Positions 36,706 to 50,670 of a stretch of DNA of 64,000 nt are shown here, piece by piece. The stretch comes from Hormiphora californensis (Eukaryota; Animalia; Ctenophora), in contig CM035354.1 in the NCBI GenBank assembly GCA_020137815.1, forward strand, positions 1,178,001 through 1,242,000. The letters run 5' to 3'. How positions within the stretch are numbered: the stretch's first letter is position 1; each line of letters begins with the position of its first letter. Below the pieces are notes generated by a model, which was not told the DNA's origin, ran no database searches, and saw only the letters and a program-made list of their open reading frames with translations. The translations under genes were made by a program, and so were the position numbers.

Positions 36706-36761
36706 TAGAACTACACGAATCCCATCTCTCCCACACCGTTTCTCACAGTTCACTGTCAGTG

Positions 36762-39700
36762 TCACTTGTCAGAAACAAGCACAAAATCCTCGTTAGCGTG
36801 ATCAGAAGTATTAATTAGCAGCAAATCATCGTTATCTAGAAGTGCCGGGGTACCCTGCTCCACACCACCGTCAATATCAAGTAGATTGCAGGGGTCATCA
36901 TCACCAGAATCTCGTTCAGCCGCTACCATTGATCCTGTAGAATAGAGAGCTGATATATGATATATGGGATAAGTATTACTTACTTAAGCTAAGTAAGTGA
37001 GGGTGTTTGGCGACCTGATCTGAGGGCCGACAGACAGAAAGTGAGGGCCAGCAGACAGAAAGTGAGGGTATGGTTTGCAGAACGTGAGCTGCAGAAACCA
37101 CAAAGGAGGCTACTGAACATAGTAAAATTCAGCATGTTACCTGCTTGTCGTGGTGTATTCATGTTGTTGTTGTTTTCATTGAACCCAGATCCTCCAAAAC
37201 CGCCACCTTCATACCGCTCACCAGCAGTGGCAGTACCACTATTACCACTGTGTCGTATTGTTGATATCATGTTGACTACTCTCTCCTTTAGCTTGTCTGC
37301 TGTCTGGTTACCCTTCAACCTATCCTGGAGAGAGAGGGATATTTGGAGAGATATTTGGAGACATGGGAGAAAGAGAGGGGGATATCGACATTGGGGGATA
37401 TTTGGAGATATTGAGTGGGGAACTGACAGATGGGGAATTTATTGCGACAGCGCCAACAGTGTGCCCAGGTCGAAACGGTGCAGCTAGACGTAGACAGATT
37501 TTGGTGCACTCACAACAAACAATATACCTGAATGTTTGCAAGGAACTTCTTGGTTGGATGATAATTGTCACAAAACTCTATCATCTCAGCACGGGTCACA
37601 TCCACATTGGGAGGGGGTGGGGGTGGAGCACATTTTAAACTGTATCGAATATTGGTTTTGGAGGTCTGAGCGGCCAGAAGAGCAGTGGATGTGTTAGAAA
37701 AGTCAATGTTGTTTTGTTGAAGGGATGTGAAGTGAGCTACACTCTGGGTTATCGCGTCCACACGCTTTACTGCTACACCGTTTAGCTCCTGGGAGGGAGG
37801 GGGTGTTAGAGGGAACAACTCATGTCATCATAATAATGGTGTCTTTGAGAGAAAGAGAGGGACGTGGAGATATAAAATCAGTAGATAAAGAGGGGTAGAG
37901 ATCCCGTACCCAAATACTATTGCAAACCTCAGTGATGGAGGGGATGGTGACATTAAAAGCCAGAGCATGACTGTCCCTTGCTCTGATCCACATCTTCTGA
38001 ATCTGCTTTGTAGTCTGAAAGTACGTGGGTTTTTAATGTCTCACTAGCACTACTGGTGCTGATTACAGTAGTCCCAGTAGTCAGTACTCACCTTGGTGAC
38101 ATAGACACCTGGGGTCGCGCTAGGTGTCTATGTCACCAAGTACTCACCCCGTTCCTATTAATATTCGTCATCTCCTCACTAGGCTGGGCTAGAATTGTAT
38201 CGTATGCCTTCTTCCTTTCCTGTAATATTGTATGCATTGAGGGTAGAGATTTACCAAACTACAGATACAGTGCAAATGGATAAGGAATTAGAAATAGAAG
38301 TTCCACCTCCGGATTTAAAAACCCCCCAACAATTCACCCAATGAGTCACTCACCGCTAGTAGTTTGGATTGTTCCTCCGTCAGTGTGTTGAGCACTTTTC
38401 GCCCATGTTGAGCAGCATTCACCTGTTGAAATGTATAGAATCAAACCAATTTTATGTACAAAATCAAATAATCAGAATATGTAACTTTGTACACCAAATT
38501 GTTCCATTTTCTGGTACAACGCGCAATGTTGTGCTGTGAAAGCTGTGCTGACAATTGCAACTCCCATCACATTGCGCGCACAGCCGCTCACAGTATACCT
38601 GTTTCACCATCTCAACCTCCGAAAAAGCAACCAAACCAGGTTTTATCTCTTTTTCAATGGTGTATGCTGTAGACAATTGAGATCGGGAGTAGTTCGTCAA
38701 ATCTTCCATCAGACATTCCCATAACTCGAGAATGGGCCTGGGGAGAAATTGTTTGGATTTATAATGAAGGGAAAACAAAGGGCAGACACTGGTTTCCTGT
38801 ACATCTCATATTGCCTATTATTAGAGATACAGCACAACAGACAATATGTGTTGTGGCGGCGGTAGTAGCAATCCAGTGGGATGATTGGCAGACGAACAGG
38901 AATGTTGCGACGGGGGAAGTTTTACATTGAGATTCTAGATGTTTCGGATCGCGATCAATTCATAGACAAACTCCCACAGAATGGTTTGCAGCAGGAACCG
39001 ACCGACACAAGTAAACAACCAATCAGAACTCGTTATTTAGGTCACGTGACTGGTTATCAGCCAATCATGGCCCGAGAATGGTTTGCAGTTGGCAGCTGTA
39101 CCTAGTGTTTTCCGGAGTTTGATCAGACATTCAGGCCCTCTAAATGTATGGTACGAGCAAACGTGGTAGCATATTAGGGTGATCACTGATTACTCTATAT
39201 AATACCTCCTCTGTGCCTTACTAGATTGCCGCATATTATATGCTGCTTACCAATCAAATTTCGTTCTCTCTGTATCTCTGTCGCTGTCTCTCTCGACTAC
39301 CTCTCTCTCTATAATTCCTCTCTCCCTCAGTATATTTTAAGACTCGGAGTTAGGATGTAAAAAAGTAAACAGAAACTATGAGAGTATTGCTCGTGCTACA
39401 CGACTGTAGGTTGTCTAGCTCGACCCCATTTACAAATGTGAAGGGAGGGTTAGAACATAACAAAGGACAGGGCTGTAACATCACGCACGCTTCGGCCCGG
39501 TTCGGAGAGGGTAGTGTTTTGTGAAGAAGAAGAAGCCGTTTTTATTTCTACATCTGTCACTATTCACAATAAGAAAATTAACCTACCCATTTCCTTCGAC
39601 CGGTTTCTCGCTGAACATCTTGTTGAGTTTCCCAAATCTGCTGTGACAGAGGCTGGCGATGCTCTTTGCGTAGTTATATTGGATCTGAGAGAGCCTGTCC

Positions 39701-39798
39701 CAGAACTCAACCATGATGTCCACAGTCTCCTTGCTCTGCATTACTCCGTCAGTCAGCTCACAATACTCCAACATAAAGTCACTCTTCATTTCAAACAT
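36762..39798 (-). CDS. F-BAR (FCH) domain protein, multi-exon
   Basis: MVEFWDRLSQIQYNYAKSIASL (FCH signature); ILELWECLMEDLTNYSRSQL; helical coiled-coil exons; low-complexity acidic tail ending ...FVLVSDK*. Confidence 0.7.
39400..39550. repeat. Dispersed repeat (TTTACAAATGTGAAGGGAGGGTTAGAACATAAC / CCGGTTCGGAGAGGG family)
   Basis: Partial copies at ~1385-1425 and ~45780-45853. Confidence 0.7.
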
Positions 39799-40947
39799 GA
39801 TTCTGTAATATTGGGGGAGGCTTTTTACACGGTCGCTTGTAGTGGGAAAACGGTAATGGAAAACGAAGATACAGTAAGACGACGTGCAACCGTGACCAAT
39901 CAGGGCGCTAGTACGTGCTGACACATGAACTTTTTGCCGCGTGTTATGCACCGTGCGCGTCTCCTTACTGTATTTTCATTACGGTAATTTGACTACAAGC
40001 AGCACTGTAAGTTTTATGAACAGTAGTTGAATTGTTCATATAATACTTTGGCTCTAATTTATTTTTTTAAATGTGGAGCACGGACAGTGTCAAGGTGACT
40101 AAATACAGTAGGGCCCTAATTTACTGGGCCCCGATTCAGCGGAACCTCGCTTTATCGCCTTATCGGTCGGATAATTGTCCCCAATATGTAGGAAGTTAGC
40201 AGTATTTCGCCCAGATATACTGGGCCTGATATATTTATTCAGCAATGTTTCATTTACCGGGTGAAACCCTTTCCCCGACCGTCTCGTTAAATCAGGGTAC
40301 TACCATACATCGGCGAAAAACCACTAGTCACTACAGCCTCCAATTGCAAATTGTCAACTGGTACAATAAACCCAACCATCACACTTTTTACATCATTTTA
40401 ATTTTTTCCCCGCCCGGGTGAAGGCCGAAGGCAAAAAGGCATAGGGGTTTAGAAATCTAAACGGATATGGTGACTATGTGTAGCAAGTCAGCTCTATTGT
40501 CCCGTTTCAGGTTGCGAGGGGCAACATGTAGCAACTAGAGCCGCGCACACAACAACAACCTGCTCCTTCATAAACTACTTCATTGACACGTTTTCCCAAA
40601 GATGATTAACTCTCAAAAACACACTATCCACACTCAACTGAACACATTCTCTGATCTCCACACTCAATTGAACAAAAGAGAGTTTATAAACGTTTCCCCG
40701 CCCTGGCACATCCGGGATCGTCGCCCTGGCTCCTCACTCCTCAGGGGGCTCACTCACTCGAAAATCCTAGAACTCTACTCTGGCCAGGAACATCAGAAAC
40801 TCATAAAACACACAAAACTCGATAGACATACTCTTGGCATATAAATAGACCCCTACTCAGCTCAGATGTAGGAGGAAAGGACTTCAGATGATTAGTAATT
40901 ATCATAGGATAGGAGTGTAGCACTGATAGGAATGTAGTTCAGATAGG

Positions 40948-41541
40948 GGGGGGGGGTAATCATGGTGACAAATGGTGACAAATGGTGACATATGGTGACA
41001 AATGGTGATGGTGACATGACCATAATTTTGAGATGAGTCACCATTTGTCACCATTCTCTCTGGAGCTTCCTTTAGGCATAATATGATGTTATGGGACATA
41101 ATATGATTTTATGGGACACTGGGGGGACACTTCTACCAAGTTTCAAGTCGATTGGATGTAATTAAGGGGTCACAGATGGTACCATTAACGTTAATTGCGC
41201 TTTTATGTGTTGTGCGAGGGAGGTACACCCTCAACGTGAATTTTGGGAAGTTTTAGCGGTCCAAAACACGACTAACCGATCCGGAATGGCCATGTTAACA
41301 ACTTATGAACAAATATATCGGTCTAAGGAAATTAATAAATTTTATCAAATTTTTTTTAAAAAACTCTGCCGAAATCTGCATATTTTGTCAAAAAATGGAG
41401 ACAAATGGAGAAAAATGGTGACAAATGGAGACAAATGGTGACAAATGGTGACAAAAGGTGATGGTGACATAACCTAAATGGTCAGATGAGTCACCATTTG
41501 TCACCATTCGTCACCATTTGTCACCATGATTACCCCCCCCC
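40948..41541. mobile_element. Poly-G-capped TIR element, family 4 (TGGTGACAAA arrays)
   Basis: G-run taatcatggtgac / gtcaccatgatta C-run; TSD CAGATAGG. Confidence 0.85.
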
Positions 41542-42214
41542 CAGATAGGAATGTTGACCAATTAGGAATCATCGTTGCCTCCGGATAGCAACAGTTACGC
41601 TGCTCGAAGACCCTTGATGCTGATTCTCAAAACAATCCTTGATTCACATTGATTGTTACGACGTAACAATAAGGTAACTCAGATTATAGAGACTAGGGTG
41701 TTCTTTGAAAGCTGGCGTGAATTGCTAGTCGGGTGCTGGTAGCCACGGTCAGGGGGTGGCGCCCCCACGAGCAGGGCCCAATAAACTGACGTTTTCGTCA
41801 TTATTATCTGAAAGTGGTGACTTTAATTGGGAGCCAAATTTTTGGATTCGGACCATACTATAGTATTGTATTAGCAGTTATACTCCATTTTTTTCAACTG
41901 TTCACCCCCCAAAGTAGTGCGCGGAATTGTTTTGCGTGTCTATCACATGTTAACGTGTAGCGCGCACCACGAAAATTCTAAATTTCACTGAAATTTCAAT
42001 TATGGGTGAACAGTTGAAAAAAAAGGACTTTAGAGAGAGATTGGAAAACAGAAGGGAGGAGACACAAACGCTTGAAAAAATCGCTGAAAATTTTTTTTTG
42101 GGGGGAGAGCGCTCCCGTATTAAAACCTTGGTTCCGAGAGTACTCGGATGTACATAATGCATGCGCTCTCTGGCGCCAAAGGAACTCTGTGCTATAAGGC
42201 ACTACAACAATCAA

Positions 42215-43135
42215 TTACATCAGATATAAATCTTCGTAAGTGTCCTCTCTCAGTCTTCCTCTGAACCCTCGAAGTGAAAGAGTGACACTCCTCACCATCG
42301 AGAAGGACAATCTTAGGCGAATATATCTCACACACTCTTCGTATCTGTTGCCACTCTTGTCTGATTTCTTTTCTGCAAGATGCTTTACGAATCGGGAGAA
42401 CTCACGCCCGAGGCCGCCAGTTGTTGCCATAACCAGGGGAGTAAATGCTCCACCATCCACTTCTAGCACCCTATGGTTGTATCCCGTCTTCTTTTCTTTC
42501 TCGTGTTTGATGAATGTCTGGGGGATCGACTGGACAGCATTGGATGTGGCTTGGGAGTTTAATACTCTTACGTCGAAGAATGCCTTGTCCATTGGTGTCC
42601 AGAAGTCCCGTGTAGAAATGTCCAGTCGAGCGTGATCGTCCGTTATTGTTCCTTCAGGAAGATCCCGCCCGTTGGTGGAAAGAAGGCGAGGTTCAATCTG
42701 AGTGTTGTAACATACTCTGTCCAGTTCCCCTGCAATGTAGTCTCGAACACGGTTGTGTCGGAGAGAAACATATCCACCTTTCTTACATGATAATGCATGT
42801 TCGATAGTGTTTTTCTCCCCACAGCAGCATGTTTCAGGCCTCGGATCCCCAACTATCGGCATGTTATACCTAACAGACATTGCATCGTGAAACTCTTGTC
42901 TCGTAAGATGAAATCGGAGTTTCTCAAGTGGCAAGCACGTGAGAAATGAAGAGGCCCCTTTCTCGCTAATCCAGTCGAGGTTTCTCTGTTCTTTGGGACT
43001 TAGCTTCTGTTTTATCTTCTCCGCCATACTCTTCAACAGATCGTTTTTTATTTTCTTGATTGATGCAAGCACTTCCCGCTGTTCCTCTGGTTTCTGTTTG
43101 TATTCCTTCTTCTGTTTCACAATAGCTTCACAAAG
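42215..43135 (-). mobile_element. C-terminal fragment of a CRE-clade non-LTR retrotransposon ORF (zinc knuckle + restriction-like endonuclease)
   Basis: CxCG..H...C, RHNRVRD, RLDI, FFDVRV, EKEKK, FTPLVMATTGGLG; no reverse transcriptase core in window. Confidence 0.8.
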
Positions 43136-43453
43136 CTGAAAATTAAAAAATAAAGTTTCAAAATGTCGAAATTTCGCGAATTTTAGTCGCGCGGCTTAAA
43201 AAGAGATCAAATTCTGCCGCTCTTTTTTATTTATGCTCGCGCGTTCCGTTTTACATGAGATTTGGCGTCGCAATTTCACATATCACTCTATCGCGATCGT
43301 CAAAATTTTTGCAAAATTTTTTGCAAAAATTAAAAACGTCTAAAAAATTTTTGAAAAGCGCTGCCAGCAACGTTTGCCAAAAAAAATTTAAAAAATTCCC
43401 CTGCTTTGAGCTTTAAAATCATTCCTTTATCTAAGACACCCACGTCCCATTAG

Positions 43454-45112
43454 GCAGTACCTTCCTGAAGAGCCTTTTCCCCTCGACCCTCATTGTGGCC
43501 GTTTGCCTCCACTCTCTTAGCTGGGGATCCGCTGACCGCTTCTATCTTGGATGTATGCACCTATTACCATTTTGTTTGATTCATGTTTGATGTTGTACAT
43601 ACCTACGTCTCCTACAGTCCGTCATACACATTTTTATATGGAATATATAAGATGCCATAATCTGGTATACTTCATTGCTTGAAAGTTAAATATTTGTCTG
43701 ATAACCTAATTGTTGTAACAGCGAATGGAAGTTAAGTTGTTGCGTTATTTCCAGTAGCCTCCATGGATACAGCTAGCCGAGTGAGTTCAGCTCCTTCCAA
43801 GGTAATAATAATAATAATATCAGCATTTGTATACACGCTCAGACCCCGTAGAATACCAGAATGTGATACCAAATGTGATGTGAGAACTGTCTGGTAACCC
43901 AATAAATCAATAAAATTAGTAATTAGGCGTCGAATGAGCCGTACTATTATTGTTGACATTTCAACATTCACTGCACTTGGTGTCTCGTGCATTACACCAC
44001 TGTAAATTAACAGAAACAACAAGCCACTGTAGATTAACAGAAACAACAAGCCACTGTAAATTAATGTTTTAGAATCTCATATTGCATAATATTATTCCTC
44101 AGAAATCGGCCCGATGGGGAGCGACATGTATGCATTCCCGGGCAAACAGACAGCTGTCCACGAGCCCTATTCCCCTGGCGCCCCACCTGGCCCGTGATTG
44201 GTGCCCCTGGCTGCCCACCAGTGAGAGTGACAGTGAGGGAGATGTGGAGACAGTTCACACACTGGACAAGTACCACAAGAAGATACACCTGGTGAGTGGC
44301 CCCCCCCCCCTTTTTCTCCTCCTGCTGTCTGGCGCCGCGACCCATACCCCATGGCGCCGCCATACAGCCCTCCTGCGTGTAGGGATTTGTTGAGTAACAC
44401 GTAGGGATGGGGTTAGGGAGGGTACAGGGAGGGTTTGGGTCAGGGGGTAGGCGGGGGTAGGCGGACTCTATATCTAAACCCAAGGAGGACTCTATATCTA
44501 ACCCTAACCTTTACCCTAACACCCAAACCCGAACCCAATTAACGGCCCTAACACTTCTAAATGAGTATAGAGGCACAGCAAACTCTCGTTTCCGGCCTAA
44601 CGGCCGAAATCTCGAGTTCGCTTTTCGTGATTTTAGCACTAGAGTCCGCTTACCGGGTCAGGGAGGGTATGGGTCAGGGAGGGTACAGGGAGGGTATGGG
44701 TCAGGGAGGGTACACCTTGTGTGTTAATTTAGTCTGTCCGTGCTACAGTAGAGTATGAACAAAGTACATTGCTAGTGCTTGTTAACATCTGAACGTGGGC
44801 CAACTTCAGAGTTAAAAATATGAATTGTGTGTACAAGGCCGCCTTAGCGGGATTTTATACGTGCAGCTGCTGCCGTCAAAACGTAGTCCAGATCTGAACT
44901 CTGATAAGAGTGTGTTCACTGTTCATCAATGGTTCTCAGCCGCAGCCTTGTGATGTTCAAGTTACAGTTCAGTTCTTTCAGTTCTTTCTTTCTCTGAAGA
45001 TGGATCACTAAACCGTATAGAAATTGGGTTATTCATGAATTGGTTATTTTTCTCAGGTTTCTTTATGATTCTCTCTCTACCTATAATACATATCTCTCTT
45101 CAATCTATATTC

Positions 45113-45185
<73 letters not shown>

Positions 45186-46572
45186 TCAATTCACTCCGAC
45201 GATACGTCGGTTTGTGATTGATATGCATATTAAATCTACAAGCAAGGCCTTTCTTCTCTCAGTCAGTCAGAGATACATATAGGGCTGGATACAATGCATA
45301 ACAAAAATTGTGTATGATAAAAGAGATATTGGATATGAATGTGGGATACAGAATATAATGACACTGAACTCTCATTTACAATCACCTCCTCTTTTACGCA
45401 TGATAAGATGTGTAAGATCTAGGAAGAATCACACCCTTTTTACTGAAAAGAGTATATCCACAAATAAAACGCTGGTTTCCCTGTGTGCTAATATTCTAAT
45501 GTCTGAGTTAAAAGAGTATTACAAAGAGAGCCAGGTAACTGCAATCAGACCAAAGTCATCAGCAATGTTTCTCAGTTTCTCTATAGCTCTGTGATTAGGT
45601 ACCATTGTTTCTCTGTGATTACTTCATGCGATCTTGATCGCAATAGATCTTGATAGCTATATAGATCGCAATAGAATCACGTAGATTCATTAGCAACTTG
45701 TTGTTACTTCTATTACCTCCAGAGTCATACGGAATTGTTAAAAATTCTACCCTTGATAGTCGAACATTCAATTTGCCTAGCTAGACTGTGTTTTGCGCGC
45801 CCCGCCCGCAAAACACCTTCTTTACAAATGTAAAGGAGGGTTAGAACATAACAACATTCAATACTGTCTCTTCACCCTCTCAATAGTATCAACTGTTCAG
45901 CCCTAACTTGTTCATACTTTCGACTCAATTCAGCCCTAACTTGTAAGAGTTTATCCATCAGTAAAATGAAGTTGTATTTAAAATAACTGGTTTGTCAGAT
46001 CGCTGATCTCGCATGGTGAATATGAGAACTCCAACGAACACTAAAAGTAGAACTCCACCGATTGTAATTCTCACTATCCGGGTTTCCACATATCGTTGAA
46101 CTCGCCTGGCAACTGGAGGGAGAGAGGAGTTTCATGTGGTAACCATGGTAACTGAGAGTTGAATAATAATTCATGACATGTGGTAACCATGGTAACTTAG
46201 AGTTGAATAATAATTCATGTGTAACTGCTGACATGTTCAAAGGATTCATAACATTATGATGAATGAAGTGAGTGTTTGTGTTTTAAACCTGTTGCAGAGC
46301 TGCTTCTCCTGACTGAACCGTACCCTTCCTCCTCCTCCCAGAATGAACCCTCTACGTCAGTAAAGTTATTTTGTGGCATGTCCTGTAATGTAATATGTAT
46401 TATAGGTAACTGATATGAAACAGTAGCCTAAGTACGTAACTATTATGTTAATTAAAGTGGGAATTAATAGTAGGCGTGTATTGTTATAGTGAATAGAGTA
46501 TATCGAGTCTTGACAAGCACTTGTCCAAACTTGTTTTGTCTAATGCCGAGAGGTTGTGTGTGTGAGAGAGAG

Positions 46573-46614
<42 letters not shown>

Positions 46615-47677
46615 AACTATAACTATAAGACGCAAGATAAATTTAAACAAAATTGTAAGAGTTTTGTCTACGAAAACCGCTGAGTGGAAAAACAAGTCTC
46701 ATGACATACACACAGTTATACCACAAGAAAGATGTATTGTCTTTCTTTCTCTGAGTGTCACCTAACACATGCTGTCTTATCTGTACCTTCTTGGTCACAG
46801 AAAACTGGATTGTCCGGATTCATGGGGCTAGTGAAATTACTGGCAGCATGAGGGCCCTTTTAGCATGTTTTTCGGACCCTTTAAAAGAAAGGTGCTGTAT
46901 GTGAGGGTTCGGCAAAGGAACGGTAGGGAAGCATTATACATTGTTGTTACAATTCGCACCCTTTTGTTTCTCAATTTGTGACGTTTGTCAGCTGCACCAG
47001 ACACCTTTGTATTACAACTTTGATTGACGTAGGTTGCTCCAACTATATAAGAGAGTGCCATTTTGACATCTAAATTCATTATTCAACTAAAACAGAATTC
47101 AGAATTCAATGAGGAAAGGCATCTCCAAGAAAGGGGAGACATCTGCAACTTCGAGCCGCTTGATATTGGATATGAAGCGGCGAAGCGCCTCGAAGTGGGA
47201 TCGCTAATGCTGGAACGCGCGATACTTGGGTTGTAGAGATGAGCGCGCAAACTGTGGCCACATGTGTGGGAATGTGATCACCCAAACAATCACACACACG
47301 CAAACTTGATTAAATGCTAGATCAGATCTCTGCCTTGTTTATTATACTTGCGTTGATTAATCACCCCTCCCCCTTGCAGTGTAAGAGGCAGGAGGGACTA
47401 ATTCGAAGGAAGCCTGCAGTTCAGTACACGCCCATCAGTATTCTATCTCTGACAAAGCCTTCATCTCGTAGCCTGCCACGCCTCCCCGACAACAACCTTG
47501 GCAGCGAACACACTGGACCAGCTGCTGTAGACCACAGGTATAATTGTTGTAGTGTAATTATTACACTTTTTAATTACCCTGTGTCAGGTGTAACTATTGG
47601 CAACATAACACACGCGACATCCAGTTTTCATTAGGTTCACTGCTTTCCAACTGCTTTCCGAGACCTCAGTCTGATCC
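43454..47677 (+). CDS. Tentative orphan multi-exon gene
   Basis: AG/GT-bounded exons ~43454-43552, ~43755-43801, 44103-44291, 47380-47537 and 47635-47677 join in frame; no recognisable domain. Confidence 0.3.
45115..45181. repeat. (CT)n microsatellite
   Basis: Dinucleotide run. Confidence 0.95.
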
Positions 47678-48060
47678 ACGCCTGTATCACTGTCAGTTGA
47701 ATTTTGATCTGCTGCAATTCCACAGACCACACTATAATACCCGCATATCAAAACACACAATTTATTGCGTTAATTTTGGATCAGGATACCGTTTTACCAT
47801 CTCAACTTTTTGGTAAGATACTAAGATGTGTTGATTCTTTGCCTCCCTTTCCCTATATGCTATAATATATTCATTATTGTATATTTTATTGCATAATTCT
47901 CGTTGGGTAAGCGTATAGAAGGTACTCTTAAATTGCAATATTGTGTACCTTCTATAACAGCTCTCCAGCTATATCTCTAGTTTTACTTGCCGCTCCTTCC
48001 ACTATCCTGTTATACCGGGACAGTGGGACACTTTATTGACGCACTAGGTATTAATGACCC

Positions 48061-48220
48061 CACTGTACTAACAACTAGATGTACTGACAGTACTGCACTA
48101 ACAACTGTACTAACAACTGTACTAACAACTGTACTAACAGTACTGTACTAACAACTGCACTAACAGTACTGTACTAACAAATGTACTAACAAATGTACTA
48201 ACAAATGTACTAACAACTGC
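48061..48220. repeat. ACTGTACTAACA-type minisatellite
   Basis: About 12-bp tandem units just upstream of the pacifastin-like gene. Confidence 0.9.
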
Positions 48221-48239
48221 ACATTTCCCCGTAGCTATA

Positions 48240-48956
48240 ATGACAATGTTGGTGCTGGTGCTCATTATCAGTGTTGCATGCTGCTTTGCAGATCCAGTAA
48301 AGAAGGATGTCAGATTTCCAGAACCTGTAGAGAAGGATGCCAGTTATGTTATTGATCAGGGTATCCCCATGCCCAGATCTCTGGGAACGGGATGCAGTTG
48401 GAACATGATGGTCATGAGTGATGGTAGTACCTGGGATCATGGGTGCGAGACATGCTCTTGTAACAACAGAGGTTAGTTTTAAATATTACCACTCGTGATC
48501 TATCCTTCCGTCAGTCCAAAACGCACCTTTACAACAATAGTCGCTATTTATTCATCTTATAGTCCTAATTCTAGTAACATATCTTTCCTGTGTAACAACT
48601 GATCCCTAATCTCTCCCACAGTTGTTACCTGTACCTCTGACACATTATGCTGTCTCTACATTGACGACTCCGGGAACACAGCCCGTGCCCTTGTCGGCAT
48701 GTCATACTACGACGGGTGCAACAACTGTGTCTGTATTGGGAACAAGGGTGGAAGGATCGCAGGATGTACCAGGATGTTCTGTCCAATGAAGTGTATGTAC
48801 AAGAACTGGGATTTGGTTAGTGGATGGGCTGATCAAGGGGATGGTATTCAAATGTATGATGAGAAGGATGGGTGTCCCAAGTACTGCTCCTGTACTCTAC
48901 GCGGGAAGATTGATTGTCATGATAAGGAGGGGGTCGATAACTGCATCTACCACTAA
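48240..48956 (+). CDS. Secreted Cys-rich protein with pacifastin/VWC-like modules, 2 exons
   Basis: Exons 48240-48471 and 48622-48956; signal peptide; GCETCSC, DGCNNCVC...GCTRMFCP, CPKYCSC. Confidence 0.75.
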
Positions 48957-49580
48957 CAACTATAGGACCACTTGTTGAGCTGTCTGGCGGCGCTCATATG
49001 GGGATCTACCAGTAACTACTAGGACTACTTGTTGAGTACTCTCACCCCTTACTCAACTTGGACGATCTGGAGAGTGGAGGGGATCACCAGGGGCAGCTGG
49101 AATGACGTGGGGTATTTCTGTGGACAAAATGAACAATGGACTTTGGTATATGTTTGCTGGTTGTGTGAATGACTGCTACACGTTGACAATGATTTAAACG
49201 GTTTTGAAAATTGCTCATTTCATGAATTGCTTTAAAAATTTAGCTTTTTGAAATTAATAAATTTTTGACATTTCGACGCTTGAAAACCGATGTATTTTTG
49301 ACTACCAACGGCAGTAAAATCTAGATGACGGCATTCCACTGCCATCTAGATTTAACTAGCACTTTACTCAATCACTCATCCCCCCAGCTCTAACTACCCA
49401 TCTATTCTAATTCCAATCAGTCAACCACTTTCCCTCTCCCAGCTCTCCCTTATATAGTACACCTTACCTCTCTCAGCTCTCGCCTCTCATTCAGTACATA
49501 ACATCCCCTCCATCTCCTTCAATACATAACATTCTCTCCAGCAGTGCAGTACGTAACATCCCTCCCTCTCTTTTTATCAG

Positions 49581-50261
49581 TGGGCCGCGTGCAAGACAAG
49601 AGTTCAAGACAAGTTTCTGTACCCGAACAAGTCAGATCAAGACATACCACTGGGTACCCATGATGCAACAACATACCACACAACCGTTAGTGAATTGTTA
49701 TTCTCGTTGTCATGGAGACTCGGTTGTCATGGAGACTAGGTTGTCATGGAGACATGAGTTTAGTTATAATTACTCTTTTTGTTTTTGGAAAATGTTAACC
49801 TAGAACCTCTACTACCTAGGTCAGTGCATCATGAAGGAACAACAGGATCAACCCACGCGGCGGGTGACTCATCTTTGGACCTCATTAGAGTTGGCAGGGC
49901 CACCCCATCTTTCCAAAGACCCCGGACAGGGAGGACGGGCGTGCCCGGACCACCTCAGGGTGTGCGTAGAAACTTCCTCCCTCTGCACCGTGTCAATACC
50001 AGCCATCAAAACAGCTATAATAATGTGAGTACTTCCGCTAAATATATCTACTGAGCGAAAGCGATTCCTAAATTTATTTTTCTCTTCACCAGTTGACTCT
50101 ATAATATTTTGCAGGCAGCATCAAGATCATCTTCAAATCTAGTGGTCCGTTCAGAGAGGAAGCACGTTGCCCCTCTAAAGATACCTCACGGTGGGTCTGC
50201 CAAACCCCCAAGACCCCCCGCTCCCTCTCCCATGGTACCTTGATAAACAATTGTAGAGATA
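49581..50261 (+). CDS. Tentative orphan gene, last three exons
   Basis: AG/GT-bounded open exons ~49581-49652, 49820-50024, 50115-50261; disordered product. Confidence 0.35.
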
Positions 50262-50670
50262 TCAAAACACTGTGCAGCTAGATCTTAGATTCCTAGCTGA
50301 TGTGTCACATCCGTGATATGAGGTAAGGAGGTATCGAGGAGACTCTCTTTTAGTGTTTTAGTTTGAGTTTATATACAAGATCAAGGAGGCGAGATTTGTT
50401 GCAGAAAATTGTATTTGCAGTGCCAGTAATAAATAAATCAGAATGAGAAAATGGGAACACACACACACACACAAAATCTCTCCTTGTCGAGAGAAAGAGG
50501 GAAGATACTAGCCGCTATGAAATACGGCTATAAAATACCAACAATTGCCAGTGTCACTGTGCCTGGTGACTCACCAAACAGAGTCAGAGTCAGAGAGAGA
50601 TCATTATTATAGAGCAAACAGAGAGAGGGAGAGAGAAAGTTGGCTTTAAAACAATCCTGTCCAGTACCAA

